From contig JANJGN010000385.1 in assembly GCA_026770705.1 (NCBI GenBank), positions 248,001 to 312,000 on the forward strand: DNA of 64,000 nucleotides, in the 5' to 3' direction. Source of the stretch: Isurus oxyrinchus. Its lineage: Eukaryota. Below the pieces are notes generated by a model, which worked only from the letters and a program-made list of their open reading frames with translations, had not been told where the DNA came from and did not search any database. This document shows positions 12,501 to 24,500 of the stretch, piece after piece (the stretch's first letter is position 1; each line of letters opens with the position of its first letter). A program made the translations under genes and the position numbers.

Positions 12501-15500
12501 AGGGGCGCTAGCCTGTGGAATTCTCTTCCCCAGAGAGCAGTGGAGGCTGGGCCATTGAATAGACTCAAGGCTGAGTGAGGCAGGTTTTTGATCGACAAGG
12601 GAGTCAAGGGTTTGGGGGACAGGCAGGAGAATGGAGTTAAGGTCACAACCAGATCAGTGAGAGCAGGCTTGAGGGGCCGAATGGCCTGCTCCTGTCCCTA
12701 TTTCTTTTGTTCCTACATTCTTACCTTCTAAATATATTAAAGCTGCAGAATAAACACGCAAGTGACTGACCCGCTCGACCCACCTTCCATCTGGGGGTCC
12801 CATGGGGAGGACCCTTCCTGAGCCAGATCCATCAGCCAACATGGTCTGGATCCGAGCACAGGAGACACGGGGGGGAGTGACTAACAGGCTCCTTGTGACA
12901 GGCCCCATCTGTCCAATGGCTGGCTTTCAGCTGCCAAGGCCAGAGTGGTCCTTGCTAAAACCGGCTCAGGACAGGCCAGGATCCCTGTGCAGACCTCCTC
13001 CAGCGCTGCAGCCTCTGTACAAACCCCTCATGCGCTTGTGGAGAGACACAAACAAGGCTGCGCATTACCGAGGAGAATCCCCTCTATGGACTAAGGGGCT
13101 GACTCATCACCCTAAACTCAGCAAATGAGGAGGCTCTCGCTCGGTATCGGGGCTTGGCATTGGCTCAATAAAAATAATCAAATGACATTTTGGTCAGAAA
13201 TCTAAGGAGGTTTTCCTTCCCTCAAAAATAAGACTCAAGCTGGGGTCAAGGGTCAAAGGGCAACAACTTATATTTACACAACAACTTTAACATGACAAAT
13301 CACCCCAAGGTGCTACACAGGAGCGTCATAAAACAAAGTATGTCACCCAGACACATGTGGAGATATTAGCGACAGCTGGCCAGAAGATGTCGGTGTTATG
13401 GAGAGACAGAGAGAAAGAGACAGAGAGAGAGAGAGAGAGAGAGGGAGCGGTTTCGGGTGGGAATTCCAGAGCTTAGGTTCCCAGGGAACTGAAGGCACGG
13501 CCGGTAATTTTGGAGCGATAGCATCCGGTGATGGTCAAGAGTCTGGAATAGGAGGAGCGCAGTGATCTCGGGGGGTTGTAGGTGCTGTAGTTTGTACAGA
13601 GGCTGTAGAGAGGCTACAAATTAGGAAAATTTGGAGAGGCTGGAGGAGGTTACAGAGCTAGGGAGGGTTGTACAGTATGCAGGTGGTTACAGAGATAGGG
13701 AGGGTTGTAGGGGCAGGATGGGTTTACAGAGATACGGAAGGTTGTAGGGGCTGGAGGAGCTTACAGTGAAAGGGGGGGCAGTGTAGGGACTGGTGGAGGT
13801 TACAGGGTAAGGCAATCTTTAGGGGCCTGAGTAGGTTACAGAGACAGGGGGTTTGGAGGGACTGGAGAAATTTATAGTAAAAGGGAGTCTTTAGGGGCAA
13901 AAGATAGTTACAGAGATAGAGAGGCTGGACGGGAATGGGAAATGTTATGGAGATAGGGGGTTTGTAGGTACAGGATGGGGTTATAGGGACTGGATGAGGT
14001 TACAGAGATAGAGAGTGCTGTAGGGACTGGAGGAGGTTACAGAGATAGAGAGTGCTGTAGGGACTGGAGGAGGTTACAGAGATAGAGAGTGCTGTAGGGA
14101 GTGGAGGATGTTACAGAGATAGGGGTTGTTGCAGCGGTTGGTGAAGGTTACAGAGAAATGGACCGTTGTTGGAGCTGGAAGAGGTTTATGAGGTAGTGGT
14201 GGTTATAGGGACTGAAATAATTTACAGAGATTGGGAGTGTTGTAGGGGCTGGAGGAGGTTACAGAGATAGGGAGGGTTGTAGGTACTGGAGGAGGACGAG
14301 GAGATTACAGGGATAGTGAGGAAACAAAGATGAAAATTTGGACATTGAGACTTTGCTTGACCAGGAGCCAGTCTCGGTCATCGAGCAGAGCGGGTGATAA
14401 GGGAATGGGACTTGGTGTGAGTAAGGACGGGGTCAGCAGTTTTGGATGGCCTCAAGTTTATGGAGTGTAGAGCGTGTGTTGGAACAGTCGAGTCTGGAGG
14501 TAATGAAGGTGTGGATGAGGGTTTCAGCAGCAGATGAGCTGAGACAGGGTGAAGTCGTACGATGTTACGGAGGTGGAAATAGACGGTGTTAGTGAGGGCG
14601 CAGATATGAGGCCGGAAGCTCATCTCAGGATCAAATGGGACAACAAAGCTGTGAACAGATTGGCTTCAATCTCAGAGAGCTGTCAGGGAGAGGAATGGAG
14701 TTGGTAGCGAGGGAACAGAGTTTGGAGCGGGGAATGAAGATAATGGCTTCAGTCTTTCCAATATTTAATTGGAGGGAATTTCTGCCCATCCAGTACTGGA
14801 TGTCGGATAAGCAGCCTGATAATTTAGCAGCAGTGGAGGAGTCGAGAGAGGTGGTGGTGAGGTAGAGCTGGGGATCCTCAGTGGACAGGTGAAAACTAAC
14901 ACTGTTCAGATGATGCTGCAAAGCCATTGCAAGTGATTCTCTGGCTACGATGAGTTGGATAAGAATGGAGCCAGGGGAGAGCAGTCCCACCCAGCTGGAC
15001 GACAGTGGACAGGTGTTGGAGGAGGATGGTGTGGTCGAGCGTTTCAAAGGCTGCAGACAGATCGAGAAGGACGAGGAGGGAAAGTTGACCTTTGTCACAG
15101 TCACACAGGATGCCATTTGTGACTTTGATAAGAGCTGTTTCAGCACAGTGGCTGGGGTGGGAACCTGATTGGAGGGATTCAAACATGGAGTTCCGGGAAA
15201 GATGGGAACGGATTCGGGAGATGGAAACGCGTTCAAGGACTTTGGAGGGGAAAGAGAGGCTGGAGATGGGACGGGGGTTTACACGGACAGTGTGAGGGGT
15301 GGAAGGTGTAGTGGGGAGGAGACACTTCACTCAGGGGGGAGGTGTCATCACCCCTCAGCTCGGTTTACGTTACAGCTATGATGTGGATTCAATCACACAC
15401 AATAAGCTCATGGATCTGGGAGCAGAAATAGACAAATCATTAAAAATAGTGACGCTGGTTAACACGGCCAAAAAACAAGCAAATCAAACACTATTATTTC

Positions 15501-18500
15501 CCGTTGAGTGTTGGATGTGAATTGTTGAGTAATTATAACACAGCACTTACCAGAAACATGAAGCTGGGTTTCAGGATAGTAGCTGTAACTATTGTTGCCG
15601 TCAAATTCTATTCTGAAATAATAATATCCTGCATCTTCCCGTCTGATGTTGTTTATAATCAGGGAACATTCGCCATCTTTCAGGTCTCCAGACAGCCGGG
15701 TCCGATGGTGTAACCGTGTTAACTCGCGATTGTGATCCTTGGAGTGAAATGCTATGATCCCTCTAGACCTTGTATTCCATGTATTCCATGTGTACCATAT
15801 CACATACCAGATTCCGACACGTGCTTTCCCTACTAAACGTGCTGGGTAACTGTAATTACATGGAATCTGTACACACGAACCTTCCTGCGCTGTCACCTCT
15901 CGTGGAGTGTTGCCTTTCCACTCTTGTGACAGTCCAACTGGGGAGAGAAATATCAATATTTTACTCTGTGTGTTTTGTCAATCCACTAGACTCGATATCC
16001 ACCCCCTCCTTCACTGGGGCACAGTGGCTGCAGTGTGGACCATCTACAGGACACACAATGAACTCCCCAAGGTATCACAATAGATGGAAGTGAATCCTGG
16101 AAACAGGAGTGGACAAGTTCATTCTACATTGGCTCATGGTCCTCAGGACCCTGTTTGTGCACAAGCCTGCTATCCAACAGAACTGAAGTTGGGGAAAATC
16201 CATTTGGAATTCCATTGTCCAGGGCATTGTGTTAACTTGCTGAGTTTGTTTCAAATCTAACATCTATTTTTGGTCTGTTGCCTTAAAGGGAGTGTAACTG
16301 GGAGTCAGGTTAATTAGGAATTTTAGGAGTTATTATAGCAGTCATTGTAGTCTTACGTCTGTGCTTAAAATCTTTTATTTTGATGATAAATATTTTAATT
16401 TATTTTTTTAAATCTCTAAAGATCTTGGTGGACTTATTGCTTCTGAATTCAGTGCACACATCTCATAATAAATAAAAAAATCAAGAATCATTATGATCGT
16501 GTGACCACCTTTCTCTCAGGGACTTGGTCTGCCTGGCACACATCACCTGCCAAGTGATAACACTGTTGTAATATGCCTTTCAGGGACAGCAGCATGACAT
16601 CACTCGAGGGGAAGTGTGTCATGTGATTTTTCGGAACTGGGGTTGGCTTAAGGAAGCTCTCTGTGTATTTGTGTGCATTAGGCATAAGGTATATCTTTCA
16701 ATTCAAGTTTAGTTTGTCTTTCTGTATTTGGGTGTTTTGAAAAGGGGGAACTTGAGTTTTGGTTTCACTTTGGAAGAAGCCGCCTGTCTAATGAGTTTTT
16801 ATGACTCTTGAAGGGAAGTCAAAACAAACACAAGGTAGAATAAACTGTGCTGTTGCCTAGTAACAGTGATCCAGAGGGAAAGACCCACAGAGACCGAGAA
16901 AAACAGAAAAGTACTTTCAGTTCTGTTGAAAGGAGTTGCCAGGAGAAGCAGCAAAGGAGCGGGACAGATAGTCAGTCCCAAAGTAAAGATGAAGCCAAAA
17001 CCATCGAGTGGAACAGGAGAAAGGGCCCAAGAAAACCTTCTTGTCAAATCTGAAAAAGGCCCTGTTAAGTGAAGTTAAGAGTGAGGAGCAGAAAAAGGCT
17101 CCAAACATAAAGGGAGAAAGCAGCAGGACACAGGCCTAATGCAAAATAGGCTTGCGAGAAGCCAGACGATCCTAGGAGACACCACTGGTTGGTGACTCAT
17201 TACTACGGCCATGTGAAGCCATGGTGTCCCATTGACACGGCTGAGCATTGGAGAGACAGAGCGTGGAAGGAAGGCTGAATGCACGTGGCGATCCAGGGGG
17301 CAGGAACATGGGAAGGAGAGTTTGAAATAGTGAAAGTGGTCCCTTGTGGAAGGTGTCTGAGTGAAAGTGTCATGTTGGAGAAGATTCCAAAGCGAGTTCT
17401 TGGAGAGTGGAGATTGGAAACCCTCATATGGATATCTCAGTTCAGTGAGACTGGTGGTCCCACAGTGTAACAAACGTCTGGGGACAGATGAGGAGGGAGA
17501 CATAGCATTTGTTTCAAGTGGGTTCTGTCAGTTTCTTTCTGAATGTGGTGTCCCTGACCACAGGTCGTCTATTGGTTTACATCGACTGTGCACTTATTGT
17601 GAACATGAGAGTATAAGATAGCTATTGTAACATGTGTTCTACTTATGAATCTGTAAAGGTATAGGTCTGGGTGAAGGAGTAATGTAATATAGTTTGTCTT
17701 TCCTAGTTTAATAAATGTTTTATTCTTTAGTTAGAAGTTCATCAGATGACTCCTGTGACTCTGTTCAGTAGCTGCACTCCACATTCCTAAATAAAAAATA
17801 AAAGTTAGGACCTATCAAGCTGAGTTCCACCCTGGGATCTGACTTGCCCAGTAGTAACATCAGCTGGGATGATAACACCATCCAGTCCAAGTTTCACTTT
17901 GGCCTGTGAGCAGAACACAGCTCACACAGTTTGGCTGCAGGTGTCTCCCAGCTTTCTATCCTTGTATATCTGTTCTTATGTCCCTGTTCTAAATAACTGA
18001 ACCCACAATGTATTTACCCAATTCCGTATCAGTGGCTGGTGCCTTTATATCATTATAAAAACACAACATGGTGATCAGCGGTGGCCAACCATTCTGGCAG
18101 CAAGATTCAGTACAGGTATGACGTGGTGAACAGCCTTAGATCGAGCTACATGACATGAGATGACCCTCGACGCTTTGGTCAGACCACAACAGAGACACAG
18201 CATCAGAGAGGGTTGAAATCGCAGTGTACTGACTGCTCAGGAAACCTTTGAAGACACAGTGACGGGAAAGAGTTCAAGTAAAGAGCTGGGGAGCAGACGG
18301 ATCCCTCGTGGTGAGATTACAGCACACGGCCTGTAGGTCAGTGAGTGGGACAGTGTGTATCGCCAGGACCAGCAGCGGGTTAGCTCAGTCAGGGAAGGCG
18401 AGTGACCAGGGTGTGGGCTGGATCGATAGTGAGCGAGGGAGAGTCAAACACACAAAAACCATTATAAAAATCAGCCCAGAGAAGTTAGTGATTATAACGG

Positions 18501-21500
18501 GCGGCTTCGAGATTGCTGAACAGCAAATTGAATAAAAAACAAAGACTCCATTACTCCGTGGTGTGTTCCTGCCACAACCCGTCTTCGTGGGCGGAGCTTC
18601 AGAAAAGCACACAAAAGGGGCTAAAGCGACACTCATCCCAGGTCCTGTAGGATAAGGAAGGTCAAAGGAATATTGTCAGAATCTCCACGAAATTCCCCAG
18701 TTTGAACTGGGATGGAGCTGACCGACTATCTGAATTCAGAATGTTTAAACAGCGTACAGAACTCTGGTTTCCTGATTCAGGTGTGACTGAACCAGACGAA
18801 CAAGCCATAAAAATTCACCTCGCGATTGGGAATGAAAGTCTACACAGGCTGAACACATCAGCATTAACAGCAGAAGAGCGAAAGGATCCCCAATAGATAT
18901 GGACGATATTGGAAGACAGGGTCAGAATCAGGTTAAACTCCATATTCATCAACTAGAGTTTATGTCATTTCATCAGCCTACACAATCCATAGACCACTTC
19001 ATCAGCCGATGTAGAGAAAAGGGTACGCACTGTGATTTCAAACACAGAGCCTGCAGACACCGTTGTTGAGTTGGCGATCGCATCCACTCCCATGGAGGCC
19101 TTCCAGAAAGATCTGCTAGATAAGACCAAAACCTATAGCATTGAAGAGCTACTCAAGGATGGACATAAATACGAAGTGATCCTCGCAGGTCAACGAAGCT
19201 TACAGGTCCTCAGTACAACATCAATTGTTGACACACTCACTAGAACATCCAAACCTAGTGAGACATGTGGAAGGTGTGGCCTTCTGCAGGCACCAAGGAA
19301 ATGCCCAGCTTTCCACCAATCCTGCAAGGCTTGTGGCAGAAAGGGCCATTGACAGCGGCAGGGCACTAGAGCAAAGGCTGATGCAGCTATAAAGAGCCGT
19401 GCGCTGATCCAAACAGACCCTACACAACGGGGAACCTTCAAGCAAAAAGAATGACCATCCGGTATCCCATCAGGAACATAGACATGTGGTGACTGACAAA
19501 CCAGGAAATGGCGATGATGTACACGACGAGACTAGGAGCGGTGATCGATATTCCACCTCTCACACATATCCTGATGTGGCTTGCCAATAAATAATGGATT
19601 GTTGTCTTTATTGATCTCTCTGGGCTCATCAAATAAACTGAAAATCTCCCATAGGGGTTGGATTTTCTGGCCCCACCCACTGCCAGGATTGTCTGGTCTG
19701 GTCAAAAGCCAATGGATTTATTTTTGTCCCACTTTCACGTACTACCCTTTCACCTCAGTTCATGACATAACATTGAAATATGCAGAAAGTTTCAACAACA
19801 TTGGCAGTTTCAAAGGAGCTCCAACATTACACCGGCTGGAGAATGCAAGTCTGTCAATTGATCTAGTCCATTTAGCACAACACAAATGCCAGCAGCTGCA
19901 AGAGGGAATGGTGAGATTCCACACTACAGAAACTGAGGAAGCATCTTTGAAGTATCTCCTGATTCAACTTGACCTTATTGGGATGAGCAAGGCATCTCCC
20001 GGGGAGTCATTTCTAAAGACAGGCAGGGCATCAGACTGGAATCTTTGTGATCGGATATTCTTCAACAACTTGGCAGTGGGAAATGGTGGGGACAGCCTGT
20101 CACGGTTAGAAAATGAGGGGCTCATTGGCAGGTGTCAGTACTGTCCACATGTGTGTCCATCTCAGGCTGTTGGCTGGCAGAGTCCTTACAAGGCTTTGAG
20201 ATCACTTACAACATTTTGACTGTGACTCTCGACACTCCACTGTGCCTGCTCTTGGACAATGTCCTTTACAGAGCATCGAAGGGAGGGCCTGCTGAACCTG
20301 CAATGTGAAAGACTGCTCAGGGGTATGTCCAATCCAGCAGGACAAATCTAACCTGGACAATCACTACCTTATCAATTTACTCTTCATCATAAGCAAAGTG
20401 ATAAAGGTGTAATCGACATTAAGAGGCATTGACTGAACAATAACCTGCTCATCCAGCATGGTGGTAGTGCCACACAACACAATGGAGGGTATCCTCAGTG
20501 AAAGGACGGGACTTCATCTCGAAGGTTTCTGTTCAGAACCAGGGGCCTATGGAGTTATTACACACAAAGGATCAGCGGTGAGGCCTAACCAAGGAGAAAT
20601 CAGATCCATTCCCGCTCCTCAATCACCTTACAGTCCTGTTGCATGGAGTCATCGGGCTGAATTTTCCCGTTGGCGAGCAGGGGGCGGGGCCTGCTCAGTG
20701 ACACTATGATGATGCGGGATGACATCAGGAGGAAACCCTGACATCATCCTGCCTCATTTAAATATTCAGGCCCACCCGCCCGACAGGCAGGAAATTCAGC
20801 CCATAGAGTCAAAGATTCACAGGGGTCTACAGCACAGTAAAAGGCCCTTTGGCCCATCGAATCTGCGTCGGTCAAACAAGTACCTAATTATTCTAATCCC
20901 ATTAATGCACTGGGCCCAAAGCCTTGTATGCGATGGCATCACAAGTGCACATCCAAATACTTCTTAAATGTTATGAGGGTTTCTGCCTCTCCCACCCTTT
21001 CAGGCAGTGAGTTCCAGATTCAATCTATGCAACATCCTGGTAAATCTCCTCTGCACCCTCTCTAGGGCAATCACATTCTTCCTATAATGTGGGTTCCAGA
21101 ACTGCACGCAATATTCTAGCTGTGGCCTAACCAGTGTTCTATACAGTTCCAGCATAACCTCCCTGCTCTTATATTCTATCTCTCGGCTAATAAAGGCAAG
21201 TATTCCATATGCCTTCTTAACCACCTTATCCACCTGTCCCACAACTTTAAGGGAACGGTGGACATGCACACCAAGGTCCCTCTGATCCTTGTTACTTTCC
21301 AGGGTCCTACCATTCATTGTCTATTCCTGTGCCTTGTTTATCCTGCCCAAGTGCATCACCTCACACTTATCCAGGTTAAATTCCCTTTGGCACTGATCAG
21401 CCCATCTGACCAGCCCGTCTATATCCCCCTGTCATCTAAGGCTATCCTCCTCATTATTTACCCCCCCATCAATTTCCATATCATCCGCGAACTCACTGAT

Positions 21501-24500
21501 CAACCTTCCTACATTCAAGTTTAGACCGTTTATATATACCACAAACAGCAAGGGACCCAACACCGATCCCTGTGGAACCCCACTGGACACAGGCATCCAG
21601 TCACAAAAACACCCCTCGACCATCACCCTCTACTTCCTGGCACTCAGCCAATTCTTGATCCAATTTGCCAAATTCCCGGATCCCATGGGCTCTTACTTTC
21701 GTTTACAGTCTCCCATGCGGGACCTTATCAAAAGCCTTGCTGAAGTCCAAGTTGACTATGTCAAATTCATTGCCCTCATCTACACAATTGGTCACCTCTT
21801 CAAAAAATTCAATCAAACTGGTCAGACATGACCTCCCCTTAACAAGACCATGCTGACTGTCCTTGATTAATCCCTGCCTCTCCAAGTGTAGATTAATTCT
21901 GTCCCTCAGAATTGCTTCCAATAGTTTCCCCACCACTGAGGTTAGACTGACTGGCCTGTTGTTCCCTGGTTTATCCCTTCCTCCCTTCTTGAATAACGGT
22001 ACCACATTGGCTGTCCTCCAGTCCTCTGGTACCTCTCCTCTGGCCAGAGATGTATTGAAAATTATTGCCAGCACCCCTGCTATCTCCTCCTTTGCCTCAC
22101 TCAACAGCCTGAGATACATTTCATCCGGGCCTGCAGATATATCTACGTTTGAGACTGCCAGACCACTTAGAACCTCGTTCCTTTCTATTCTAATTTCTTT
22201 AACTATATCACAGTCCTTCTGCCTGATTTCCAAACCCTCATTGCCCCTCTCACTTGTGAACACTGACACAAAGTGTTCATTTAGAACCCTACCTACGTCT
22301 TCCGGCTCCACACACAAACTACCAATATGGTCCTTAATGGGCCTTAATCTTTCCCTAGTTATCCTCTTACTCTTAATGTACTTGTAAAATAACTTTGGAT
22401 TTTCCTTCATTTTTCCTGCTAATGTTTCTTCATGCCCCCTTTTTGCTCTACTAATTTTCTTTTTAAGGTCCCCCCTACACATTCTATACTCTTCTAAGGC
22501 TTCCACTGTTTTGAGCCCTCGGTATCTGCCATAAGCCTCCCATTTTCTCTTTATCCAATCCTGTAAATCTCTCGACATCCAGGATTCCCTGGATTTGTTG
22601 GTCCCACCCTTTGCCTTTACTGGAATATGTTGGCCCTGTACTCTCCCCACTTCCTTCCTGAATGAGTCCCATTGCTCTGACGCAGATTTCCCTAAAGGTA
22701 GCTGCTCCCAGTTCCACTCTGGCCAAATCATATTTGATCTTATTAAAATCAGCCTTTCCCCAATTGAGAACTCAGATTTCTGGCCCATCCTTGTTCTTTT
22801 CCATAACAACCTAGAATCTAATGGAATGATGATCACTATCTGCACAATGCTCCCCCACTGATACGTCTACCACTTGCCTGGTTACATTCCTTAAAATTTA
22901 CTCCAGGACCGACCCCTCTCTTGTAGGATCTTCTATGTACTGGCTTAAAAATCTCTCCTGGATGCATTTTAACAATTCTGCCCCCTCTAAAACTATCACA
23001 CTATGACTAACCCAGTTATTGTTGGGGAAGGTGAAAAGCCCCACCATTACAACCCGATTATTTTTATACTTCTCTGAATGTTGACTTTGTATCTGCAATT
23101 CTATTTCTCTGAGTGTCATTGGGCCTGTAGAACACTCTCAGCAAGCTGATTGCTCCTTATTTGTTTTTAGGTTCTACCCATATGGCTTCATTTGAGGAGC
23201 CCCCTAAGGTGTCTTCCCTCCTCACTGCAATAACTGATTCCTTGATCAATCTTGCAATACCCCCTCCTCTTTTACCTCCTTCCCTGTCTTGCCAGAAGAC
23301 CCTGTATCCTGTAATATTGAGCTGCCAATCCTGCCCCTCTCTCAACCATGTCTCTGTGACAGCAATGACATCATACATCCATGTGTTATTTGTGACCTCA
23401 ACTCATCTGCTTTATTCGTCAAGACTCCTTGCATTAAAATAAATACAATCCAACTTTGCCACGCTATCTTGTGCCTTAACTGGCCAATAATTTCTCTGCC
23501 TTCCAGGTTCACTTGCTCTCTCTTCTAATTTTGGCTGTGCATCTCCCTCTGCTGAACCTCCTCTCGGGATCCCATCCCCTGCCATGTTAGTTTAAAACCT
23601 CCCCAGTTGCATCAAGGGCAAAATGCCAATTGAAACCAGGGAGAACATCCAAGAATGACAATCCCACAGATCACTGTGAGCATTTAAAGACACCTCCAGA
23701 CAAGGTTACTACCACAAGATCTGGGCGTAAGTGCAGATTACCTCTACTCTTTAGAGACTCAAATATTCAACAAATCTATACTGTTATCTAATTGTCAATA
23801 AAATTGAAAATGATACCAGAAACCTCTTGTTCCCTGTCCTTCTCAAAGATCCATCCCTGCAGCTGGAGCCTTAAGAGTTATTGATGTGGGGCTTAATTTA
23901 TCAGATTGTCGAATGATCGGGAACAAAAGGAAGCCATTTGGCTCATCGAGCCTGTGCTGGGCCTTTGAAATATCTGTCCAATTAGTCCCACTCTCACCTC
24001 TGCTCTCTCCTCCACAGCCCTGCAAAATGTCCTCTTCAAGTATTTATCCAGTTCCCCTTCTGAAAGTTCCTGTTGAATCTGCTTCCACCGCCCTTTCAGG
24101 CAGTGAGTCAATGGTCTCTCTCTGAGCTGCAAAGTGCTAATGTTCTGTGAAATTTAAACTCTGCAGCAGGTCAGAGACAATTATGATAACTCAGAATATT
24201 TGACAGTTCTACACACAGACAGCTTTGCCTCCCTTGTCTCTTTCAGTTATCTTGCTCCCTTATTGAAGTATCTAGCATTGTGAGAATGGACAGGAAGAGT
24301 GACACTGAACAGCCTGTCTATTCTAGGAGCTGCTGTGTTGTCTTCATGGGAAATTCTGACTAAAATCAGCAAAAGACACGAAGTTTCAGGGCATTGTTAT
24401 CCGTGTCCTAACATCAGGGTAGACCTCATCCCCCAGTTTTTATCCCTGATTCTCTATTCAGCCGATCGCTGCCCTGTCACTGGCTGAACTACACTAACTC

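Noticed and set aside
21703-22845. 380-aa RT ORF as an active or domesticated gene
   Set aside because: It is part of a CR1 ORF2 broken by frameshifts and stops on both sides, and it is deleted in the duplicate region.
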